A stretch of DNA of 64,000 nucleotides from contig JAZQAZ010000023.1 in NCBI GenBank assembly GCA_045545475.1, forward strand, positions 1 to 64,000, written 5' to 3'. Shown in pieces: positions 17,933 to 26,044 of the stretch; the stretch's first letter is position 1; every line of letters begins with the position of its first letter. The notes under the pieces are model-generated. The model searched no databases, was not told the DNA's origin, and saw only the letters and a program-made list of their open reading frames with translations. Source of the stretch: Clostridia bacterium (GTDB taxonomy: Bacteria; Bacillota; Clostridia; CAKSNL01; HGM11501). A program made the position numbers and the translations under genes.

Positions 17933-19273
17933 TTAAAGCGATTTTATTAAAGCCTTTCCTTCATCGATTATATGCTCTGCAACGCCTGCACGGAAACGTG
18001 AGCTTCTTGCCTCATAGCCGCCCTCTTCATAGGAATCCTTCATCGGGAAATATCCTTCATAGCCGTTGGCAAGACCTATCGGGATAACCATATCAAAGCC
18101 TTCTGTCTCTTTAAGGGCAAGACCGATATTCGTAAAGCCTTCACCGGGTATTGTCACAAAGGCAACCTTTCCCAAGGACACCGCATTTATGTTCATCGGG
18201 AAGCTTTCGGGGCCGTGCTCTAATGCCACCATTCTTGCCGCCTCGGCAACAACGGTTGTAAGCATCATTCCCGAATAGGGAATTTCATCATCCTTACCTG
18301 CCTTATGAAGCTCGTTTATTCTGTGAGCCTCCGCCATATCGGAAGGCTTTGGCATATTGGATGCAACAAGCATAACCTTTGCCTTTGCACTGATTTTTTC
18401 CACATCCACATAGTTTACTTTGGCAAAGCACTGAAGCACCCCGCCTGTAACCACATTTGCCATATGCTGTGCGTGGCTATAGCCGCGGGCAACATCGTCA
18501 AAATCATTAAACATTCCGTTAAAGTCGCCGCCCTTGGGGTTTACATTAACGTGGTTTACATCGCCCTCTGCCCCGTTTACAACGATGCACAGGGAGTTAT
18601 CAATAACCTTTTCAACGGTCCTTCTTGTAAGGCCGGGCCAGTCAGAAGATATTTTGCTTCCGCCGACAACGTCGGGATGAGTGGTGAAGTTTGTAAAAAT
18701 TAAGGTTTTGCCGTCTGTTCGGTCAAATCTTAATACGCTTACACGCTCATCGACAATGCCGAGAGGTTTTACTATGTCGGGATTATTTACACCGGGATTG
18801 GTTTTTATGCTTCCGTCCTTCATAACGTAGCGTCTTCCGAAGGATATGTTTTTAGCTTCGCCTACCCCGTAGCCCATTTTTGCATCGGTAAGGTCAGAAA
18901 CGGCAAGAAGTGACACTTCTTTAATTCTTTCCTTAAGGAAAGCCATATACTTTTCTGTTTTCTCACACTTATCAACATCTTTGGTAGATGGGCCTGTGTG
19001 AGTATGGGTTGAGCATATTATAATGTTTTCAAAAGGAACGCCGGTCTCATCTGTAATTGCCTTCCTGTAATCGTCAAGTAATTCCATTTTAAGTCCGCAG
19101 TTGTCAACGGCGATAATCAAAACAGTTTCCTTGCCGTCGGAAAGCGAAAGTGCGTTTACCTCAAGGTCATCGAGTATTCCCTCAACGAAACGGGGTTTAT
19201 AATAGCCCGCAATGGGTGTTCCCTCTTCGGGATTTATAACCAGTCTTCCGAATCCTGCTTTTAAGTTATTCAT
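17933..19273 (-). CDS. Neutral/alkaline ceramidase-like metallo-amidase (cytoplasmic, substrate unknown)
   Basis: LKAGFG N-terminus, STHTHTGP, THPD, NGAEGDVN, PGE and GYFP...GGYE motifs; no signal peptide. Confidence 0.75.
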   Translation of the reverse strand: MNNLKAGFGRLVINPEEGTPIAGYYKPRFVEGILDDLEVNALSLSDGKETVLIIAVDNCGLKMELLDDYRKAITDETGVPFENIIICSTHTHTGPSTKDVDKCEKTEKYMAFLKERIKEVSLLAVSDLTDAKMGYGVGEAKNISFGRRYVMKDGSIKTNPGVNNPDIVKPLGIVDERVSVLRFDRTDGKTLIFTNFTTHPDVVGGSKISSDWPGLTRRTVEKVIDNSLCIVVNGAEGDVNHVNVNPKGGDFNGMFNDFDDVARGYSHAQHMANVVTGGVLQCFAKVNYVDVEKISAKAKVMLVASNMPKPSDMAEAHRINELHKAGKDDEIPYSGMMLTTVVAEAARMVALEHGPESFPMNINAVSLGKVAFVTIPGEGFTNIGLALKETEGFDMVIPIGLANGYEGYFPMKDSYEEGGYEARSSRFRAGVAEHIIDEGKALIKSL

Positions 19274-19285
19274 ATTAATACCCCA

Positions 19286-20332
19286 TTAAACTCTTACAAA
19301 ACTCTTTGTTTCGGTGGATTTATATGCCGCTTCTATAATCTTCTGGTCGTAAATTGCACTTTCGATTGATACGGGAGGCAGAGTTCCTTCCGTTATCGCA
19401 TCGCAAAGACCGTCGATTTCCTTGGTGTACATATTACCTAAGGGCACATCGGAAAGGGATACAGGTGTAAGCTCTCCACGTGCTTGACTTGCATCATACT
19501 CAAGAGAATCGTCGCTTATTAAAATATCAACGTTACCAACCTCTGCCTGAGCGAGAGTACCGTGAGCAACTATGCTTCCCTTTGTGCCGTAAATTTCAAG
19601 CTTTGCAACGGATGCGGCATCGGGAATGTTGAAGTTGGAATCAACATAGGCAACAGAGCCGTTATCCATCTTCATAATTACGTTGGAGGAATCGTCAACC
19701 TCATAATTAAATGTCTGTGTCTGGTTGAAGGCAGCAACCTCTACAGCCTTAAGGCCTGTGATATAATGAATAAGGTCGATTACGTGAATGCCCATATCAA
19801 CCAGTGCACCGCCGCCGCTTGTTGCCTTCTTCTGACGCCATGCGCCCTCTATATCGGGATACCAGCAGGTGAACTGACCGCGGATTGAAACGATTTCACC
19901 GATTTTACCTTCCGCTATAATCTCCTTGATTTTCTGATGATAGCCGTGGAAGCGCATAAGGAAGCCGATGCTTACCTTAACGCCATTTTCCTCGCACACC
20001 TTTTTGATTTCTTCGGCATCGGCAACAGTTAATGCAACGGGCTTTTCAAGCAGAATATGTTTTTTTGCCTTTGCCGCCGCAATTGCCTGCTCCTTATGGA
20101 AGAAAACAGGAGAAGCGATATAAACTGCATCTATTTCATCGAGGGATAAAACATCCTCATACTTTGTAAAAGCATATTTTGCCCCGTATTTCTCCTTACA
20201 ATTTTCTGCGGCTTCTATGCTTGTATCCATAACGGCAACAAGCTCCGCCTTATCCGAAAGCATCATACCGGGAAGAGTTCTTCTGTCTGCAATTCCTCCG
20301 CAGGCAATAACGCCCCATTTAACTTTTTTCAT
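19286..20332 (-). CDS. Gfo/Idh/MocA family NAD(P) oxidoreductase
   Basis: WGVIACGGIA, LLEKP and GGGALVDMGIH; start moved to MKKVKW. Confidence 0.93.
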   Translation of the reverse strand: MKKVKWGVIACGGIADRRTLPGMMLSDKAELVAVMDTSIEAAENCKEKYGAKYAFTKYEDVLSLDEIDAVYIASPVFFHKEQAIAAAKAKKHILLEKPVALTVADAEEIKKVCEENGVKVSIGFLMRFHGYHQKIKEIIAEGKIGEIVSIRGQFTCWYPDIEGAWRQKKATSGGGALVDMGIHVIDLIHYITGLKAVEVAAFNQTQTFNYEVDDSSNVIMKMDNGSVAYVDSNFNIPDAASVAKLEIYGTKGSIVAHGTLAQAEVGNVDILISDDSLEYDASQARGELTPVSLSDVPLGNMYTKEIDGLCDAITEGTLPPVSIESAIYDQKIIEAAYKSTETKSFVRV

Positions 20333-20372
20333 ATCTTTCCTTCCTTTCATTTAAGGATTGACCCTTTCGGGC

Positions 20373-20396
20373 GAAGGGTTGCTTTCGCAACCCTTC
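20373..20396 (-). other. Intergenic hairpin after the DegT aminotransferase gene
   Basis: GAAGGGTTGC-tttc-GCAACCCTTC. Confidence 0.6.
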
Positions 20397-20426
20397 AAAG
20401 TTTTGTATTTTAAGGTTCCGGTAGAC

Positions 20427-21701
20427 TTATTTTGTGTGTGCAGCAAGAACTTTCTTGAAGCCTTCTATGCACTTTTCAATGTGAATTTCTTCCCAGGAGG
20501 GATGTAAGAAGAGGCAAACTGTCTGTGCACGAAGAGCGTGTGCATTCTTGCAGAATACCTTATCGTACTGAACAGCAGAAGGATCAGCATATTCCTTGGA
20601 CTCGAAGGGGAACTTAGCTTCGCCGAATCCGCCGTGCTCTCTGTATGCCTTTTCTTCATAAGCTTCGGGCCACTGAATACCGTAGCAGGGAATCTTTGCA
20701 GCACCAAGCTCTTTTACGATCTGGGGAGCGTCGCAGTCAAGAACTGAAAGGTCAACTAAAATGGGATACCACCAGTAAGCGTTCTTTCTTTCCTTTGTGT
20801 TTACGGGAAGCTTCTTGATTCCCTTTAAGCCTGTGAACGCATCGTCGTACATTTTTGCATACTTGAATCTTCTTGCAAGATTCCAGTCATCAAGTCTAGC
20901 AAGCTCGTTGATACCGATAACTGACTGCATTTCTGTCATTCTGTAGTTAAATCCAACTCTTCTGTGGATATAAGGAAGCTTTTCTTCCAGTGCAAGCATA
21001 TTCATTCTTGTCTTTACGTCGTAACCGTGGTCACGGAAGGAACGGCACTCCCAGCCTACTTCTTCGTCGTTTGTTACAACCATACCGCCTTCACCGCCGG
21101 TGGTAAAGTGCTTACTCTGGCAGAAGGAGAAACATCCAACGTCACCAATTAAACCTGCCTTAACGCCGTTATACTCACCGCCGAAGCACTGTGCACAATC
21201 TTCAACAACCTTTAAGTTATGCTTCTTTGCAACAGCCAAAATACCACCCATATCAGCAACAACACCGTAAAGGTGAACAACTAAAATTGCCTTTGTTCTT
21301 TCTGTGATTAAGCCTTCGATGCTTTCAGGATCCAATGTATGATCGTCTGTTACGTCAGCGAATACGGGAATTGCACCTGCCTGAAGAACTGCGAAAGAAG
21401 ACGCAATGAAGGAATAGGATGTAACGATAACTTCATCGCCGGGGCCGATGTTCAATGCCGCAAGTGCGATGTGAAGAGCAGCAGTACCGTTAGTGCAGGA
21501 GATTGCCATCTTGGCACCCATCCACTTTGCCCACTTTTCTTCAAATTCCATACCTTTTTTACCTGTCCAGTAGTTAACCTTACCTGTCTTTAATACCTCT
21601 AAAACCTCGTCGTAGGACTTTTCGTTGAACTGGGGCCACATAGGAAAGCCGATTTCCTCAATGCCCGCTCCGTTCATAACTATTTCTTTTTCCTTTGCCA
21701 T
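20427..21701 (-). CDS. DegT/DnrJ/EryC1/StrS family PLP-dependent sugar aminotransferase
   Basis: NGTAALH, GPGDEVI, VHLYG, EDCAQ, FSFCQSKHFTTGGEGG (PLP Lys) and GFNYRM. Confidence 0.95.
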   Translation of the reverse strand: MAKEKEIVMNGAGIEEIGFPMWPQFNEKSYDEVLEVLKTGKVNYWTGKKGMEFEEKWAKWMGAKMAISCTNGTAALHIALAALNIGPGDEVIVTSYSFIASSFAVLQAGAIPVFADVTDDHTLDPESIEGLITERTKAILVVHLYGVVADMGGILAVAKKHNLKVVEDCAQCFGGEYNGVKAGLIGDVGCFSFCQSKHFTTGGEGGMVVTNDEEVGWECRSFRDHGYDVKTRMNMLALEEKLPYIHRRVGFNYRMTEMQSVIGINELARLDDWNLARRFKYAKMYDDAFTGLKGIKKLPVNTKERKNAYWWYPILVDLSVLDCDAPQIVKELGAAKIPCYGIQWPEAYEEKAYREHGGFGEAKFPFESKEYADPSAVQYDKVFCKNAHALRAQTVCLFLHPSWEEIHIEKCIEGFKKVLAAHTK

Positions 21702-21724
21702 AATAAAACACCCTTTCTTATTCG

Positions 21725-21747
21725 ATTAGTCCAATGACTGGACTAAT
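21725..21747. promoter_or_regulatory. Candidate ROK repressor operator 1 (palindrome)
   Basis: ATTAGTCCA-atgac-TGGACTAAT with perfect 9-bp arms, just upstream of the DegT gene RBS; second copy at 22923. Confidence 0.75.
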
Positions 21748-21755
21748 TATTTTCA

Positions 21756-21800
21756 AAAAAATCCGCTTGAGGCGGTTTTCGCCTCAATTGCGGTTTTTTT
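21756..21800 (-). terminator. Hairpin or terminator after the ROK gene
   Basis: CCGC-TTGAGGCG-gtttt-CGCCTCAA-tt-GCGG flanked by A/T runs. Confidence 0.6.
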
Positions 21801-22905
21801 ATATGCTGAAAAGCTTATCAAAGGAGTATCTCGCTCCGCCTAAGGCAACGGGATTTTCCTTTAATGATGAATATACAATTTTTTTATTTTTTATGAGAGA
21901 AATTTCAGAGAAGCACTCTTTTACAGGATTAAGAAATGCATCCCCCGTCTCCCTTACCGAGCCGCCGATTACGATAAGCTCGGGATCAAGCAGATTTACA
22001 ATATTATTTATTCCAAATGCAAGGGCACGCGCCGCTTTTTTAAGTGCCTCTTTTTCCTTTTCGCCGGAAAGTTTTTTTACTTCCTTTGCAGATTTCACCT
22101 TTGTGGCATCTAAAATTGCCGGCATACTTGAATATAACTCCAGGCAACCGTATGACCCGCATTTACAGTGTTTTCCGTTAAAGTCAACACTGATGTGGCC
22201 AAACTCCCCTGCCATTCCGCTTCCGTCATAAATTTCACCGTCAATTAAAATTCCTGCACCTACACCGTCGTCAATATCCACGGATATTAAGTTTTCGGGA
22301 TGCTCGTGACCGCCGAATTCCTTTTCCGCAAGGGCGATGAGCCCCGAATTGTTTTTAAGGTAAATATCAATGTCGGGCAGTGCTTCATTTAAAGTGGAGT
22401 AAATATCCTTTGCATCCTCCGCCGCCATAACCGTTGATGATATAAGCGTGTTTGTATCAGGATCGATAACTCCGGGAAGCCCGATTGTTATGCCAAGTAT
22501 TCTTCTGTTCCGGGATAATCTCCCTACAGCGTGCATTACTGCCATTGCAAGGTTTTCTCCCTTTATTACGGGATGCTCAATTTTTTCAGCAAGCGTAAAG
22601 TCAAGACCGTAGCAAGATGCTTCAATCCTTGTTTTCTGAACATCAAACCCGATGAAAAAACCACCCTCTGAATTTACTTTAAGCATAACGGCTTTTCTTC
22701 CGCTGCTTTTTGTGTTTTTAATTCCGCATTCTGAAACAAAGCCTTCTGCCATTAATTCCTCAACCAACGTTGAAACGGTTGTTGCTGAAAGGTTAGTTAT
22801 TTTTTTTATATCCGCACGGGAGATTTTTTTGTTTTTATGTATGAGAGAAAACACAAGTTTTAAGTTTGCTTCTTTTATAAGCTGCTGTGATGCCTTGTTA
22901 TCCAT
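21799..22905 (-). CDS. ROK family transcriptional repressor (XylR/NagC-like)
   Basis: N-terminal HTH ISRADI...LSATTVS, SSGRK linker, GLPG, GEFGH and CKCGSYGCLE zinc motif; start moved to MDNKAS. Confidence 0.93.
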   Translation of the reverse strand: MDNKASQQLIKEANLKLVFSLIHKNKKISRADIKKITNLSATTVSTLVEELMAEGFVSECGIKNTKSSGRKAVMLKVNSEGGFFIGFDVQKTRIEASCYGLDFTLAEKIEHPVIKGENLAMAVMHAVGRLSRNRRILGITIGLPGVIDPDTNTLISSTVMAAEDAKDIYSTLNEALPDIDIYLKNNSGLIALAEKEFGGHEHPENLISVDIDDGVGAGILIDGEIYDGSGMAGEFGHISVDFNGKHCKCGSYGCLELYSSMPAILDATKVKSAKEVKKLSGEKEKEALKKAARALAFGINNIVNLLDPELIVIGGSVRETGDAFLNPVKECFSEISLIKNKKIVYSSLKENPVALGGARYSFDKLFSI

Positions 22906-22922
22906 CGTTTCCTCTCCTTCTA

Positions 22923-22945
22923 ATTTGTCCAATGGCTGGATAAAT
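22923..22945. promoter_or_regulatory. Candidate ROK operator 2 (autoregulatory)
   Basis: ATTTGTCCAATGGCTGGATAAAT, 19/23 identical to operator 1, immediately downstream of the -10 box. Confidence 0.7.
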
Positions 22946-22947
22946 AT

Positions 22948-22975
22948 ATTATAGCACAGAATACGGGTTTGTCAA
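22948..22975 (-). promoter_or_regulatory. sigmaA promoter of the ROK gene
   Basis: Minus strand TTGACA-16 nt-TATAAT. Confidence 0.7.
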
Positions 22976-22983
22976 TACCTTTA

Positions 22984-23784
22984 TCAAAGAAAGTCTTTTA
23001 TGAATTCTCCGCCCGAAAGCGTATATACGTACGAAAAGCCTAAATCTTTAAGCATTTTTCTGCTTTCATCAAACTGAAAGTCCAGTGTTTTAACCTCGTG
23101 GCTGTCGGAGGATAAAATAAGTCCTCCACCCTCTTTACGGATGATATGAAGTAAATTTTCATAAGGATAGGGCGTTTTGCGATATCCCCTTGCTATTGCT
23201 CCCGTATTAAGTTCGAAAAGTGAGCCGCTTTTAAGTGCCTCTTTCACATATTTTTCAGAAATTGTGAGGTATTTTTCATTATTTAAAAATCTCACTTCAT
23301 CAATTTCGTCAAACTTGGTGATTAAATCGAAGTGCCCGATAACATCAGGCTTTCTTCTATTTATATATTCGCAGAAATTTTCATAGTAGTTTTCCGTAAG
23401 CTTTATTAAATCTCCGTCAAAAGCTTTAAGTCCTGTCTTGAAATAGTCATAGGATGAGTCGATCGGGTAATACTTACCCTCAACCAGAAAATAGTGGCAG
23501 GAACCTATTATATAGTCAAAATCATTTCTCTTGGCCGGTGCAAAAGCATCCTCTTCAACGCCGAGATATACCTCGATTTTTTCCTTGTACCTTTCCTTTA
23601 AGCGATTAACTTCTACCCTGTATCCTTCTATATCATGCATACAGTAGCGAAGGTCATAGGGTGTATAGCCGTGGGATGAAAATCCGATTGCGGAAAAGCC
23701 TTGATCTATTCCGTATAATACAACTTCTTCAGGAGTGTTTACGCCGTCACAAAAGGTTGAATGTGTGTGAAAATTCGATTTCAT
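22984..23784 (-). CDS. PHP-family phosphatase (HisJ/histidinol-phosphatase-like)
   Basis: NFHTHSTFCDG, GFSSH, IIGSCH, GHFDL and SSDSH. Confidence 0.88.
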   Translation of the reverse strand: MKSNFHTHSTFCDGVNTPEEVVLYGIDQGFSAIGFSSHGYTPYDLRYCMHDIEGYRVEVNRLKERYKEKIEVYLGVEEDAFAPAKRNDFDYIIGSCHYFLVEGKYYPIDSSYDYFKTGLKAFDGDLIKLTENYYENFCEYINRRKPDVIGHFDLITKFDEIDEVRFLNNEKYLTISEKYVKEALKSGSLFELNTGAIARGYRKTPYPYENLLHIIRKEGGGLILSSDSHEVKTLDFQFDESRKMLKDLGFSYVYTLSGGEFIKDFL

Positions 23785-23795
23785 AGTGTCCCCTT

Positions 23796-24584
23796 TTATA
23801 AATTAAGTAATCTCTTTGCATTTAAGGATAAAATCTTTTCCTTGTCGCTATCCTTGATAAGCATATCGTTTACTACTCCGCCGACAAACATAGCGGGATT
23901 ACAGGTAGGATAATCCGTTCCGAAAAGGATTCTGTCCGCCGAGAAAACATCAATGGCACGTTTTAACATTCCGTAGCGGGTTATTCCCGTTCCTGACAAA
24001 TCAAGATAATAGTTATCATATTTTTTTGCAAGGTCAAAATGCAGCATCAATGTAGGATATTCCCCGGGATGCGCCGCAACGAAGACTAAGTCGGGATGTT
24101 CTTTCACCATTTTTTCAATTCCGGTTATATTTTCAGGGATAGTGTGAAAGCTTATAACCATATTATGCTTTCCCGCCTCATTTAAGATTTCATAGAGATT
24201 ATCATCCCCGTAGTCCTTCCAGCCATCCATATAAGGAACTATCTCGCCTATTAATTTTACGCCTTCCTTATTCATACGTTTAATTTCCGAAATTGATTCT
24301 TCCGGAAAATTGGGATGAATGTGAAAACCCGGAACGTAAAAGCCCTTATAATATTCTTTAAGCTTCAGTGCTTCATCATTGTTTTCCTTTATTTTATCAA
24401 AAAGAGTTTCATATTTGTCATTATCACGACTCACAACCGAACCGCATATTTTAGATATACCAAGCCCCTTTAAGACATCCATCGAAAAAGCTTCGTCCAT
24501 CGGGATAAATTCCTTATGGGGGCAGATATTATTCTTTTCATCCGAAAAGGGATGGGTGTGAAAATCTATTATTTCAAAAGACAT
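23796..24584 (-). CDS. Amidohydrolase_2 family TIM-barrel metallohydrolase
   Basis: IIDFHTHP, AAHPG, RILFGTDYP and EKILSLNAKRLL. Confidence 0.88.
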   Translation of the reverse strand: MSFEIIDFHTHPFSDEKNNICPHKEFIPMDEAFSMDVLKGLGISKICGSVVSRDNDKYETLFDKIKENNDEALKLKEYYKGFYVPGFHIHPNFPEESISEIKRMNKEGVKLIGEIVPYMDGWKDYGDDNLYEILNEAGKHNMVISFHTIPENITGIEKMVKEHPDLVFVAAHPGEYPTLMLHFDLAKKYDNYYLDLSGTGITRYGMLKRAIDVFSADRILFGTDYPTCNPAMFVGGVVNDMLIKDSDKEKILSLNAKRLLNL

Positions 24585-24592
24585 AAAAAAAC

Positions 24593-24636
24593 CTCCGTTC
24601 CGTAATTATTATACAAAAATTACGAAACGGAGTCAA
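24593..24636 (-). promoter_or_regulatory. Promoter of the amidohydrolase-PHP pair embedded in an inverted repeat
   Basis: Minus strand TTGACT-17 nt-TATAAT; 15-bp arms at 24593-24607 and 24618-24632 flank the -10 box. Confidence 0.6.
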
Positions 24637-24647
24637 CTTTTATTTGA

Positions 24648-26006
24648 TTAAATTACGTGATTGTTTTTCCACTTTCCGTGGCGAAACCGAAGCTCAAATA
24701 TAACTGTTCTTACAACCCAGTCAGATACCATTGCAACCCAGATGCTTAACACACCTAAATCAAAAGCATTAACAAGGATGTATGCAAGGCCTACCCTGAA
24801 TGCAAACATTGACCCTGCTGCCGCTATCATTACAAAGCGTGTATCCCCTGTTCCCCTTAATGCCGATGCTGTTGCAAAGCTTCTCGGATAGAAGAAAATG
24901 GAGAATACTGTATAAAGAAGCAATATCTGAAGTGCCCAGGCTTCCGATGAAGGTGACACTTTGAAAAAAGATATCAGCGGTTTAAATAGCGGAACGAAAA
25001 TTATTGCGGAAAGCAAAACAAAAAGATGATTCATTTTTATAATATGCTTTTTGTACCTTACCGCTTCATTTATATCCCCTGCACCCATACACTGTCCTGC
25101 AACAGTCATAATAAGTGCATTAAAGCCTGCCGAAATGCCGTGAATTACCGGGCTTATATTTCTTGCCACCTGGTCTGCATTTATGGCATCCTCGCCAAGG
25201 CCTGAAACAAGGCCTGCAAGGATTAATGCACCAAGTTGAAACATTCCCTGCTCAATTCCGTTGGGAACGGAAATTTTAAGGACTCTTAAAGACATTTTAA
25301 GGTCTAATTCAGGTTTAATCATATGCTCAAGGCTTACGGGATTTTTCTTCGATTTAAGCATTATAAGAAGTGCAAAGCCAACTAACGCCATGGCAATAAG
25401 TGTTGAAAGTGCCGCACCTTCTACATTCATGCCGATACGGAAGATAAAAAGATACTTAAATGCCAGATTTATTCCCATCATACAGGCAGAGCTTACAAAT
25501 GTGATTTTGGTTTTGCCCATAACACGAAGAAGCGACGAGCCTGCATAATAAAGTGCCACAAAGGGATAAGACATTGCCGTAACGGAAAGATATTTAAGGC
25601 TTACTTCAATTACTTCCTTTTCAGCTTTTCCGAAAAAGAGGTTTATGCAAAGTGTTTTTCCGAAAACCATGAAAAGCATAAAGAGAATACCGATTCCAAC
25701 CACAATCTGTATGTTGGTTTTCATTGCACCTCGTGCATCCTTTTCATCCTTTGCCCCGATGTACTGAGCAAGCACAACGCTTCCGCCCTGGGCAAGGGCA
25801 AGAAAAAACTGCTTTGCGAAGTTGTCAATCCTGTTTACAAGGGCAACGCCTGCAAGAGCTGTTGTTCCCAGCTTCGAAGAAACCATCCAGGTGTCCGCAA
25901 AACCGAGGCCTGCCAGCATAAGCTGTTCAAAAAATATGGGCAGGAAAAACATAATAAGATATTTATTTGAAAAACGTACGCCCTTCGGTTGAGTAAGTAA
26001 TCCCAA
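24648..26006 (-). CDS. MATE family transporter
   Basis: About 12 TM segments; ADTWMVS, AQYIGA, LRVMGKTK, GAALST, LRGTGDT and RFRHGKW. Confidence 0.92.
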   Translation of the reverse strand: MGLLTQPKGVRFSNKYLIMFFLPIFFEQLMLAGLGFADTWMVSSKLGTTALAGVALVNRIDNFAKQFFLALAQGGSVVLAQYIGAKDEKDARGAMKTNIQIVVGIGILFMLFMVFGKTLCINLFFGKAEKEVIEVSLKYLSVTAMSYPFVALYYAGSSLLRVMGKTKITFVSSACMMGINLAFKYLFIFRIGMNVEGAALSTLIAMALVGFALLIMLKSKKNPVSLEHMIKPELDLKMSLRVLKISVPNGIEQGMFQLGALILAGLVSGLGEDAINADQVARNISPVIHGISAGFNALIMTVAGQCMGAGDINEAVRYKKHIIKMNHLFVLLSAIIFVPLFKPLISFFKVSPSSEAWALQILLLYTVFSIFFYPRSFATASALRGTGDTRFVMIAAAGSMFAFRVGLAYILVNAFDLGVLSIWVAMVSDWVVRTVIFELRFRHGKWKNNHVI

Positions 26007-26044
26007 AACAAAACACCTCTTTGCTAAACTCTGACTGCCTAAAA

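Noticed and set aside
21734-22231. 165-aa plus-strand ORF opposite the ROK gene
   Set aside because: Antisense to a well-supported gene and begins inside the operator palindrome.
22984-23784. PHP phosphatase as a definite member of the amino-sugar pathway
   Set aside because: It could be the ordinary histidinol phosphatase and appears to be transcribed from a separate internal promoter; kept only as a possibility.
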